Shown here in pieces: positions 1 to 13,866 of a stretch of 64,000 nt of DNA. This DNA is from Octopus bimaculoides (taxonomy: Eukaryota). The notes below the pieces were generated by a model. The model did not search any database. It was not told where the DNA came from and saw only the letters and a list, made by a program, of their open reading frames with translations. Location: positions 125,869,845 to 125,933,844 of the forward strand of contig NC_068985.1 in the NCBI RefSeq assembly GCF_001194135.2, given 5' to 3'. Position 1 is the stretch's first letter, and each line of letters begins with the position of its first letter. The position numbers were made by a program, and so were the translations under genes.

Positions 1-1721
1 CTTTAAGTTTTCTGTTGTGTTGAAGAAACTTGACGTAAGGAAGAGAATGTCGATATAAAAAAATAAGACAAAAAGAACACGACAATAATGAGAACAACCA
101 ACGACAAAAGAACGGGAACGGAAACAAAAAAAAAGAGACCCCCCCCCCCCCAACAGCAACAGAACATTTAAACAGTAACATTAATAACAACAAGAACAAG
201 CAGAATGAAGAACAAGGATAAAACGGATTGTAAGTAATAGCAAAATTGAAAATATAAGTGATTGAAATAAGAGTACAGAAAATAATATATTGATTATAAC
301 AAAAACGATAATAAAAAATATAATAGCAGCTGAACAATAGATGGCAGAGCAAACTTTAGATATAGCAACATGTAGCTACGTACATATATGCATACATACA
401 TTCAAGCATACATACAACAACACACACACACACAAACAAACATATATAAGCGCATACACACTTACACACACATATCATTTGATGTACAATGTACTACAAT
501 AAGAGCTAAAAAGAGTTTCAATCTCTAAGCTCATGGTTTGTTCTGTTTGAAAAATAGAACAATCCGCGTACTCAGAGCATAAAGGATTGTTTGGAGATAC
601 AAGGTACGTTATAAAAACCTACCTAACAACGTGTCTTCATGGCAAGAAACTATAAATAGTACTTATTTTAATACAATATATATTAAAACATATTTATATT
701 TCACACGTGGATGGCGTATGTGTTTGATGATTTTTAACAGAACAGTGAAACGCCTGTGTTAGAATGGGGGTAGCTGATGAAGGAAAATGTTCTCTATGTG
801 GCCTGTGTGTTTTCTGTACTCTGGTTATTATTTTTTTTTGTCTATGTTTTGATTGCAATGTCCTGTACCCAGATATGCACCTATATATACAGGTAGACGT
901 AAGTATGCACATACCTGTACGTATATATCAATATACTCATTTATTATTTGTTATATATATATATANNNNNNNNNNNNNNNNNNNNNNNNNNNNNNNNNNN
1001 NNNNNNNNNNNNNNNNNNNNNNNNNNNNNNNNNNNNNNNNNNNNNNNNNNNNNNNNNNNNNNNNNNNNNNNNNNNNNNNNNNNNNNNNNNNNNNNNNNNN
1101 NNNNNNNNNNNNNNNNNNNNNNNNNNNNNNNNNNNNNNNNNNNNNNNNNNNNNNNNNNNNNNNNNNNNNNNNNNNNNNNNNNNNNNNNNNNNNNNNNNNN
1201 NNNNNNNNNNNNNNNNNNNNNNNNNNNNNNNNNNNNNNNNNNNNNNNNNNNNNNNNNNNNNNNNNNNNNNNNNNNNNNNNNNNNNNNNNNNNNNNNNNNN
1301 NNNNNNNNNNNNNNNNNNNNNNNNNNNNNNNNNNNNNNNNNNNNNNNNNNNNNNNNNNNNNNNNNNNNNNNNNNNNNNNNNNNNNNNNNNNNNNNNNNNN
1401 NNNNNNNNNNNNNNNNNNNNNNNNNNNNNNNNNNNNNNNNNNNNNNNNNNNNNNNNNNNNNNNNNNNNNNNNNNNNNNNNNNNNNNNNNNNNNNNNNNNN
1501 NNNNNNNNNNNNNNNNNNNNNNNNNNNNNNNNNNNNNNNNNNNNNNNNNNNNNNNNNNNNNNNNNNNNNNNNNNNNNNNNNNNNNNNNNNNNNNNNNNNN
1601 NNNNNNNNNNNNNNNNNNNNNNNNNNNNNNNNNNNNNNNNNNNNNNNNNNNNNNNNNNNNNNNNNNNNNNNNNNNNNNNNNNNNNNNNNNNNNNNNNNNN
1701 NNNNNNNNNNNNNNNNNNNNN

Positions 1722-1754
<33 letters not shown>

Positions 1755-2879
1755 TACATAATGTATATTTGAATATATATGCGTGTGTGTGTGTATGTGT
1801 ATGTGAGTGCCTGCGCGCGCGCGTGTGTAATTTCATTTTTATGTTTCGAATTTCAATCATTAAACTGCAAGCAAACCATGTTACACTAGGTCACGTGAGG
1901 CTACACCAGACCACAAGGGGACACAACCATCAAATATTTTCGTTTATCTGTCGCAGTACTCTTTTAGTCAAGTAATCATTATACCGAGTACCACTTTTCC
2001 AACTGTTATGGAATGACAATGAAGGACGCAACACCTATCACAATGCCAGGTAAGCATTTAAAATCTTTCATGAACACATACACATATACACATGGTCTCA
2101 TACTCAGACTAATACATAAAATCATTTTCAAAAGGGTTTTTCAATCAAATATTTACTATTATCTATAGCTTTATATGTACTTCGAGATTCCAAAAAAGAG
2201 AGTTATTCCATGCTCTCTTGAATATTCATAAAATTCTCATTACGTCAAAAGCATATATATATATATATATATATATANNNNNNNNNNNNNNNNNNNNNNN
2301 NNNNNNNNNNNNNNNNNNNNNNNNNNNNNNNNNNNNNNNNNNNNNNNNNNNNNNNNNNNNNNNNNNNNNNNNNNNNNNNNNNNNNNNNNNNNNNNNNNNN
2401 NNNNNNNNNNNNNNNNNNNNNNNNNNNNNNNNNNNNNNNNNNNNNNNNNNNNNNNNNNNNNNNNNNNNNNNNNNNNNNNNNNNNNNNNNNNNNNNNNNNN
2501 NNNNNNNNNNNNNNNNNNNNNNNNNNNNNNNNNNNNNNNNNNNNNNNNNNNNNNNNNNNNNNNNNNNNNNNNNNNNNNNNNNNNNNNNNNNNNNNNNNNN
2601 NNNNNNNNNNNNNNNNNNNNNNNNNNNNNNNNNNNNNNNNNNNNNNNNNNNNNNATATATATATACATATATACATATATATATATAATTACCTAAATAC
2701 ATGCCTATATACATATGTACAAACACGCATACAACATATATAAATCAAGAAATTGAGAAGGGTGAGCAATGTTGCTGGAGGGTAAAACATAAAACGTTGC
2801 GTCTTTTCTTTTCCTGAAAATGGATTTTTCATGGCTTAGCAGGATTTTGGCTTTTACTGGTTTTTGTATTTTACTGTAC

Positions 2880-2999
2880 CTGGCGTGTACATCGACTACC
2901 CCACAGGCAACCTCGACACAACCCGGTGGTACAATGCCACCAAGTGCTAACCATGCTTGGTATTCAGCTGTTTTAATATCGCCTGTCTGGCGCTTCGAT
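2880..2999 (-). CDS. Cassette exon A: (R)SKR-QTGDIKTAEYQAWLALGGIVPPGCVEVACGVVDVHA, mature-peptide exon
   Basis: Acceptor ttttacctgtttacag|ATCGAAGCGC, donor GCCAG|gtacagtaaa; 120 nt, phase 2-2, open frame. Shares 18 identical residues over a 39-column hand alignment with exon B. Lies inside supplied ORF 2705..3076. Confidence 0.9.
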
Positions 3000-3600
3000 C
3001 TGTAAACAGGTAAAACAACACACAAATGGACATCAACAATAATGACAGAACAATTTGACACGTCGATAAGAAACAAACGTTATAAATACGAGAAGGAATG
3101 TGAAGGAAAAGTGCACATATCAACGAAAAAGGTAATGACAACAAAATAAAATCAATATTGCTTTTTGTAATAACATAACAATTATAATGTGACCAGCTAT
3201 ATGAAATGTGGGGTGTCATTGGATAAAGATAACTATAGAAGAGGCAATGGAGTTTTACTGGAATTGGAGGTGGTTGGTAAGGTAACACGATATTCCTTTA
3301 ACAAATGGTCAAAATATTTACTTAAATATTAATATATACATGCGCATATGTGTGTATGTGTGCGTAAAAGGGTCAAATATATACTTATACATTAATGTAT
3401 ATGTGTGTGTGCATATACTATTCATATGCATTAAATGATCTATGGAAATTGAACTCCGAGTCTGCTGTAATGTATATAGCCGTGTTAACTACAACACAAG
3501 AGTGATAACTTATTTAGCTACCTAAATCAGAAGTTTAACCAAGCCATATTAGCGGTTTATGAAGTGTGAACTTAGCCCACACAGTATGAAGGTAGAGTAC

Positions 3601-3642
<42 letters not shown>

Positions 3643-3899
3643 TGCGTGCGTGTGTATGTGTGTGGTGTGTGTGCGCGCGCAATATTTATGAATGAAATGG
3701 TACAAAAATTTGAACTGTAAAAATTGAATCTATCATTGCTACGTTGTTAATTATTGGTATAACACAAAACCCGAAAAAAATAGTAACATTGACCATTTAC
3801 TTAAGGATTTGAGGTGGGGAAGTCAGAAAGGGCTTTGGTTTAGGTCTTGACTAGGTAAAAGGATGGTGTATTTGGGGGTTGAACTAGAGCTTACTATAC

Positions 3900-4013
3900 C
3901 TCTTTTCAATATCAACTAACCCACACGCCACCTGGGTGCAGGTAATTTTTCTGGACAATGCCATCAGTGCCCGATACTCAGCCGCTCGCATATCAGCTAG
4001 CTGTCGTTTAGAT
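3900..4013 (-). CDS. Cassette exon B: (R)SKR-QLADMRAAEYRALMALSRKITCTQVACGLVDIEK, mature-peptide exon
   Basis: Acceptor cccctgcttacag|ATCTAAACGA, donor AAGAG|gtatagtaag; 114 nt, phase 2-2, open frame. Furin motif, N-terminal Gln, two Cys in C-x4-C; clear paralog of exon 2880-2999. Lies inside supplied ORF 3884..4066. Confidence 0.9.
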
Positions 4014-6767
4014 CTGTAAGCAGGGGTTGTAGAAATGCATGCATTACATAAGATGTTCTGTTGCATATTCTCTTGATATCATACATAGCATGAACACTTT
4101 TCAAAAATGTAATCCATACACCGAAATATATTTTTATGCCACAGCAAAACTGAATCCATTACTTTTCATATAACTTAAAGTGAAATTTTTATAGTTGCTA
4201 AACCTGGACCACTGCATAAATTAGCTTAACAGTCTGTGAGTTAAGTAGCATTTTCTACTTAGCAAATGGATACCATTTACTTAATTCATCAGCCCTGTTC
4301 TCCGTGCTAGTCAGTTAAGCAGACGCTGACGAGGGTGAGAGAGCTTGAAGCTCGTCTTGTTTCCTTGTCCGTGTTTGTTGATCGTTTGGTTGTATACACT
4401 CAAGGCTTATTCTGCACCTGATCCCAACATAATTTCAGCAAAACACATGACTGGAACTCTTAAAAGTATTTTAAAACGTTTTAACTATAATTACCCTTCG
4501 TGATACCAACTTCTTTCAAAATATGTTCAAATTTATACAAATCATGTGTGCTATAAATAGAGCAATTTGACTGAACACACTCTTTATTTTTTGTTTTGTC
4601 ACATACCCAGTTAGTTTTTCATTTGTCGTTAAAATCCGTATTGATCCATACATACTAACGATTTTTTTCTTTTTCTCTCGATACCTGAAATAGTTTTCGC
4701 TATTTAATTTCCAATAATAAGCTCTGATTCTTTCATTAACTAGCATTTCAAATTATTACATCTATATGTATGCATTCAAAGTATCTTAAAGTCGATAAGT
4801 TTCATTTCTGAGTTCTCTTAAGTTCAAATCTCATTGAGATCTACTTTGATTTTGTTCCTGATAAAATAAGTACATGTCAAACATTGCAGTAGATTAAATC
4901 AACACTGATACCATAAACCGTATGGCTTTAAGTTACAGTTGTTGGCAATTAGCCATTTACTGCCTCCCTAGTACTTAAGTTTACAACGCAGGCAAAACTC
5001 CATATAAATTTATGTTCGATTAGAAACTCGTATTTTACCTATACGATATGCATTGTATATGAGGCTTAAACATTTATTTTATCCCTCGGTTTGTAAACAT
5101 ACGTACATTCGCACATACATACATACATACATACACGCACATGTGTATATGTACATAAGTTTATATATCTGTATATATGTATGTATGTCTAGTAAGTTTG
5201 CTTTCTAATCACACTTCTCCTGTGTCTCAGGTACATTCAATCCTTTCGAAATTCCATAAACAGAAACTGTGTAGAAGCCGTCGGATGAACTGTATTTTTA
5301 AGGAGTGAACTTAATCCAACGACCGACTTGATTGGTTTTTCACTTTGTTGTATGCATTCGGCTTGCATTCACTAATGTCTAACAAAAAGGGCATGAACAT
5401 TGCTATTTCTCTTACGTAGACGTAACAAAATGTGAGCGGCTGATACGATACAATTATATGTATAATGTAAAAAAGTGAATTATTACAGGTATCTTTAAAG
5501 GGCTAATGATTTTGTTCACGGCCCGTATAAATAATGAGCTTCCCAGAGTGCCTACCAACAGAATAGCTTGCAAAAGTCAGTTAAACAAGCAGTAGTAGGT
5601 CGATCTGTAAGGAAAATACCTGTTTCACTTACGCTTACTCGACTTCGTGGGACGAGAGAGAGAAAGAGAAAGAGAGAGAGGAAGGGAGAGAGAGACGATG
5701 GGAAGACAGTGGCTTTCCCTCTACCGTACGTAATATTCCTAAATCTATGATCTATTTTGAGTTGCCTGGAACCTTTACTGAAAACGAGCACATGATAGTA
5801 TATGGTAGTCCATAGTCAAATGTATCCTTCATTGTACATGAAGATTCGGAGTCATACTTTTTAACACTGTTAAGCGAATTTGACCTGACCGGGTGCTCTG
5901 TCAGACTTGAAACTCATGATCGAGAGCCTACTTGCCTGATTTACAAAACCAAGTGTAATCAAATAAAATCAGTGGTATTGCAGTCCAAATACTCAATAGA
6001 AGGATGGTATTCGAACTGAACAAACAGACGATAAATGTGTGTGGGGGGGAGGCGCTTTGTAATTCCAATTCTACATATATACAATTATTAGTACTTTCTT
6101 CGTTTTTGAGAATTATTCTCCTTTAAGCTTTCCTGTAATTTCCGTTATGCAACACACAGTAAAAGCAGCATGTGTTTTAATGCCAGCGCAGAGATAATGC
6201 ATGGAAACCGTGAGGTGTCGGCATTCTCAGCCAATTGTAACATATACTATAGCCGACTTATACGTCATCTTCCTATGTGATAAATCAAGTGAGTTATTAA
6301 ATGTACGCAATTTCTGCTGGACTATGAATTAGCAGCTGTAATATTTAATCAATAAACAGTTATTTCTATTCCTAAGCATCGCAACATTCTTCAAGAGTCT
6401 AAGCACGGAGAATGTAAATTCATCTTCAGGTTATATTTTTTATTTAATATATTTAAATACCCCACTTATTACTCTAACAATGTTTGGCTAATTAAAACCA
6501 TAAAGATCTCAAAAAATTGCATCACTATGATCGATTTTGTCTGGATTGTATGAACTAGGATAAGCTCCAGATTTGATGCAGTGGCATTTATACTTTTAGT
6601 CATTCATAGCTGCATCGTATCATTGTAAGTAAATTTGAGTTTCCTGTTGTTTCTGTATCCTTTTATTGTTACTTAATTATGTTTATCAGCTAATTAAGTA
6701 CCATTGGAAAATATCAATACACAAGTGACAAAGAAAGTAAAATCTTCTTTCCAAATACAAAATCTTA

Positions 6768-6809
<42 letters not shown>

Positions 6810-7207
6810 TAAGATTTTGTATTTNNNNNNNNNNNNNNNNNNNNNNNNNNNNNNNNNNNNNNNNNNNNNNNNNNNNNNNNNNNNNNNNNNNNNNNNNNNN
6901 NNNNNNNNNNNNNNNNNNNNNNNNNNNNNNNNNNNNNNNNNNNNNNNNNNNNNNNNNNNNNNNNNNNNNNNNNNNNNNNNNNNNNNNNNNNNNNNNNNNN
7001 NNNNNNNNNNNNNNNNNNNNNNNNNNNNNNNNNNNNNNNNNNNNNNNNNNNNNNNNNNNNNNNNNNNNNNNNNNNNNNNNNNNNNNNNNNNNNNNNNNNN
7101 NNNNNNNNNNNNNNNNNNNNNNNNNNNNNNNNNNNNNNNNNNNNNNNNNNNNNNNNNNNNNNNNNNNNNNNNNNNNNNNNNNNNNNNNNNNNNNACATAT
7201 GTGTATG

Positions 7208-7254
<47 letters not shown>

Positions 7255-7501
7255 ATCTATATATTATGTGTATGTATATGTGTGTATGTATGTATGCATG
7301 TATGCATATATTATTGTGTCTGGAGAGAGTCATTCTCTTTTAGCGCTCTATTATTAAAATCTTCGTTCCGACCTGCCACCTTTTCAATAGTCATTGAGTG
7401 CGTTAAATAATGTCACCAAATGAGAATGACTCTCTTCAGACACACAACACACGAATTTACATAATGAATCTTGCAAGCCAAATCCAGAACGAAACACAGA
7501 C

Positions 7502-7557
<56 letters not shown>

Positions 7558-7560
7558 ACA

Positions 7561-8134
7561 TACAGGTGCAGTGAATAAAGTGTCGTCTAAATTTCGCAAA
7601 ATATAATAGATGTACTTATCAAAATTACATTAAAATATCTTGAAATACAAAAGAGTAAATTATTTCAATAAAATCGCCATTGACTTCAACCAGGGCCTCC
7701 AGACAACTTCGGAATCTCCTGCAACTCTTTTGGACAGTCTCGGCCTCTTTATTTAAGTTGGCGAATGCTGCCACAAGCCCTCAGTTCATCTTTGGTATTA
7801 AAAGGAGTTTTGTTGGTCTCTCGCTCAACTGCGTCCTACACATAATAATCAAGGGGGTTGCAGTCCGGGGAGTTAGGTGGCCAGATGTAAGGATGGTGTG
7901 GCCGCAGAAATTGTCGTACAACCATGACTGGGTTCTCCTACTTGTATGGCATAGTGTAGATTCCTGCTGCCAGACATAGGTTCTTCCATTAGCCACCCTC
8001 TTCATCCAGGTCAGCACACCTCCTCCAGGTACTTGATGTAGGCCTCCATGCTGAACCTGAGGCCGTGTGAGAAGATGAAAGATGCATAACGTCGTCATCA
8101 CTAGTATTCACTCCAAACACCATGATGTTGACGG
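7561..8134 (-). mobile_element. Tc1/mariner superfamily, maT (DD37D)-like transposon 3' fragment
   Basis: Frameshifted translation VNIMVFGV..., VWQQESTLCHTSRRTQSWLYDNFCGH..., DCNPLDYYV. The end tacaggtgcagtgaataaagtgtcgtctaaatt matches the reverse complement of the right end of the copy at 47108. Confidence 0.85.
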
Positions 8135-9140
8135 TGTACTCACTGCAAGCTATGGATACATGAGTGCAATGGAATCGCAAGAAGGTTTACCGAGAAAGAA
8201 GTCTTTGTGTGTGGCAGGTGTAAAATAAATAAATGCGCCCTTTTAAAGCCTAACCAGGCTCATGGACCCGGTTTCCCGGTTTCTATGGCGTATGGGTTCC
8301 CCAGCTGGACGGGACGCCAGTCCATCGCAGCGTTACTCATTTTTGCCAGCTGAGTGGACTGGAGCAACGTGAAATGAAGTGTTTTGCTCAAGAACACAAC
8401 GCGTCGCCAGGTCCAGGAATCGAAACCACAATCTTATGATCATGATGCTGACACCCTAACCACTAAGCCATGCGCCTCTACGTGTGGCAGGTGTGCAGGA
8501 AAAATAAAAACTGAGAGCATACAGTAAATGGATTCCTACCAACACTCAGGTTATCCTTAGAGGTGGTGGGTAGTTTCCGCTACCTAAGTTTTCAAATCTC
8601 AAGTGAGAGGGGATACTCTGAAAGTGTAGTTGCTTCAATTACAACCAGCTGGACAAAGTTCAGAGAGCTATTACCTTTTTTGTTAACAAAGAACCTCTCT
8701 CCGTCTCTCTGAGTGAAAGACATATTGTATGATATTTGAGCACGAACTGCTATGCTGTATCATAGTGAAACGTAGGCTGTGACTGCAGAGAACATGCAAA
8801 GAATTGACATAAATGAAGACAGTAAGCTCCGCTGTATGTGTAATGTCATTGTGCATGTAAGACAGAATGTAAATATGTTGAGATAAGAAATGGATATGAG
8901 GCATCAGATGTAGTGTGCAAGGCAGAAGACATGTGATGCGTCTAGATGAAAAAAACCTGCACAAAGCAATGCAGACCTTTAAATGTGGATGGAACTTGTG
9001 GAAGAGGGAAAGATGAGAGACGAAGTGTTGAAAATCGATCTTCAACTGTGCCTCGCAGAGGAAATGACAAAGGAGCGAGATGCTAAGTGATTTGTTGTGA
9101 TTGAGAAGATTCATCTATCTAAGCTAAGTAAAGTCGGTAC
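8135..9140 (+). mobile_element. RTE-clade LINE 3' fragment (decayed), interrupted by a SINE
   Basis: Broken translation CTHCKLWIH...EKEVFVCGRC, LEVVGSFRYL, WTKFRELLPFL, AMLYHSET*AVT, HVMRLDE, typical of the RTE RT C-terminal region; many stops. Confidence 0.8.
8222..8481 (-). mobile_element. tRNA-derived SINE with 13-bp target-site duplication
   Basis: Minus-strand head ggcgcatggcttagtggttagg...ggtttcgattcc (A and B boxes). TSD gtgtggcaggtgt at 8209-8221 and 8482-8494. Confidence 0.9.
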
Positions 9141-9509
9141 CATAAAGGCATGTTGTTTATGTCCATGCACCTACACACAGTCTTCCCTGACTGCTTCTAG
9201 CACCTCCCTCATTTCCCACCCACCGCCTGATGTATTTTCCTCCCCTATATCTTCCACTCTCGTTTCGCTCCCAGGCGGATCTAAGCCCTTTCAATGTGTC
9301 CCTGTTGAATCTTTTCCCAATAATATATCTTCCTAACGCATTCTCCCTCTATTTATGTCCACTCACTTCATTCCTTCGACATTCTACCTACTTTTGAAAA
9401 TTTACCTACCCATTTACCTCATCCAATCTTTGGCCCCACTTCACTTATATACACCTCTGTGTAATTTGAGTATTCCCCTTTGACTATCTTCTCCCCTTCT
9501 CTCTTCATT

Positions 9510-9545
<36 letters not shown>

Positions 9546-9599
9546 TCTCTCTCTCATCTCTCGCTCTCTATCCTCTCTTTCTTCTATCACTGTCCAACT

Positions 9600-9850
9600 G
9601 AGGTAGACATGCTTTTTTACTGCAAGACACTTATTTCTGTCCATCTGTACTCTAATCACTCTTCATCTAGCCCAAAGTCATCTGCCCCAATACTAATCTC
9701 CGCCTCAAGTTGAGGAGCCTTGTCTTGTAAGTTATTTGGTCTCCTCGCTGCTGTTAGTGCCACACAAAACGCACACAGTTCATTCTGTAAAGTGATTGGT
9801 GTTAGGAAGTGTAGCCAACCATGGAAGCTATGCCCAAGCAGACGGTCGAG
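9600..9850 (+). repeat. Non-coding interspersed repeat fragment (probably RTE/SINE-associated)
   Basis: gccttgtcttgtaagt...gtgccacacaaaacgcacacagttcattctgtaaagtgattggtgttaggaag resembles a common octopod repeat (recognition only). Confidence 0.4.
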
Positions 9851-10836
9851 CTTTGCTCAGTTTTCTGGTTTTAAATCACTTTTATTTATTCACAGCCATC
9901 TTTTTTCTCTACCTGTCTTATCTTCAACATCCCTATGAAATTGTGCATACATTTTTTCTTTGCCTATCTATTTTCGGATTCAATCGTTTTCAATTTCTAG
10001 TACAGTACTTAATCTTTGAAATCTTTCATCCTACACAAGCCTGACCTCTTACTTCTAATAATAGCGGTTCTGTGGCATTTTTACATACTATTATATGTTG
10101 TTTTCTTCTGCTATAATGCTGTGTTCGCATCCAATAAGTCCTCTTCCTCCTCTTTTTCTTGGTACATACAGTCTGTCTGTGTCACTTTTTGGGTAGAGTG
10201 TCCCATATCTAGTTAGCAACTTCTTTGTCTTTCTGTCTAAGCTGTTTAGTTCGTTTACTGTCCATGCGATTACCCCTGCTCCATATATAAGGAGTGAAAC
10301 CGCCCAGGTGTTGATAGCTTCAATCTTATTCCGTCCGTTTAATTTCGACTTAAGAATCAGTCTCAGTTTGCGCAAGTATTCCACCTGACTAACACACCAC
10401 ACTTTCTCTGTCCGAACTCCATTCTAATGTCAGCACTAAAAGTATACACCGTATCAACGAGGGAACTGACTTGTGCTTCATCTTTACCATAATGTTTGAG
10501 ATCATCTATGAATAACAAAAGGTTGACTTTTTGTTGACGGCTTTTGAATACACACCCAACTTTTGCTTTGCTCAGCATCAGTGTTAGTGGTATCAAGCAC
10601 AGTACAAAGATCAGTGAGGACAGGCAGTCCTCTTGGAAGATACCCCGCCTGATTTCCACTGTCCCTAAACTTCTTCCGTATGCTCTTAGGGCCGTCCTCA
10701 AATTCGCCATACTTTTTCCAAGTAATCGCTCAACATTCCATTATCCAAGAGTATGGGATCATATGCTTTACGATAGTCGGTTCATGACATGGCTAAGTTA
10801 CTTTTCCTCCTCTTGCAGTCTCTAAGTACAATAAAA
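9850..10836 (-). mobile_element. R4/Dong-like non-LTR retrotransposon fragment 1 (RT region, decayed)
   Basis: ORFs 10363..10710 and 10091..10402: GIFQEDCLSSLIFVLCLIPL, LLFIDDLKHY, MEFGQRKCG, KLRLILKSKLNGRNKIEAINTWAV, LYPKSDTDRLYVPRKRGGRGL. The 5' end abuts a (TAA)n array. Confidence 0.85.

Positions 10837-10900
<64 letters not shown>
10837..10900. repeat. (TAT/ATA)n trinucleotide array
   Basis: Direct reading. Confidence 0.97.
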
Positions 10901-11454
10901 GAGTGAGAAAGCAGTGCATGACATCAAACTGACACTGGGGTACAAATACATGAAGCCCATTATACCCATCATGACTACCCGTCTGATTAGGGTGCACCAG
11001 GCACATGCATCACCATCATATGTGCGTGACATCGTGATCTCATATCAAGATAAACAGCGCAGAATCTTGCAGGTGAAGTCCAGTTACAATGTTTTTCGGG
11101 TTGAGTAGCCTATCCCGCTCAAAAGATCCCTGAATAAGGTTCGTTTGAGGATGATGAACAAAACACCCATGTATCCAGAGGTGTATTATTCAAACCCCAA
11201 AGAATTCCTCTCAGCACATGGCTATGATGCTCCCCCACTACTTCTGCTTGTGATCAGAAATGCATATATTGTCAGCCACCAAGGGACATGCTCAACTGGT
11301 TAAGGTCAAACAACTGACAAGCAAATCTGTGGTATTAAGCAGAATATTTGTTGTAGCTCATCTTTCATACCAAGACAAAATGATGTACATGATAACACTT
11401 GCAATCAGTGAAGATCAAAAGCCATGAGAGCCACTGCCTGGTGTTGCACCAGGG

Positions 11455-11455
<1 letters not shown>
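10901..11455. mobile_element. 555-bp non-coding interspersed element bounded on both sides by (TAT)n
   Basis: Complex sequence sharply bounded by TAT arrays; no tRNA boxes, no TIRs, no credible ORF; perfect 7-bp hairpin cctggtg-ttg-caccagg at the right end. Confidence 0.6.
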
Positions 11456-11517
<62 letters not shown>

Positions 11518-11545
11518 TATTATTATAATTATTATGTTGTTGTTG
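11456..11545. repeat. (TAT)n array grading into (GTT)n
   Basis: Direct reading. Confidence 0.95.

Positions 11546-13866
<2,321 letters not shown>

Noticed and set aside
720-800. TTGATGA...GAAACGCC and CTGATGAAGG hammerhead-like words
   Set aside because: Core mutated or out of order, and stems do not pair convincingly.
1960-2055. Plus-strand exon-like stretch ending in CCAG|GTAAGC
   Set aside because: No recognisable protein and no partner exons found; strong donors occur by chance.
2705-3076. 123-aa ORF as a single-exon gene with a hydrophobic N-terminus
   Set aside because: Only 2880-2999 is bounded by splice sites and homologous to exon B; the flanks are read-through of intron and a true signal exon exists at 14178-14266.
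4321-4360. agacg-CTGACGAG...GAAG-ctcgtct hammerhead-like motif
   Set aside because: GAAA core and stem II are broken; cannot be distinguished from chance.
5540-5606. Third acceptor-like site ttttccttacag|ATCG resembling the cassette junctions
   Set aside because: The phase-2 frame gives STYYCLFN-stop, with no KR site and no peptide homology; not a third cassette.
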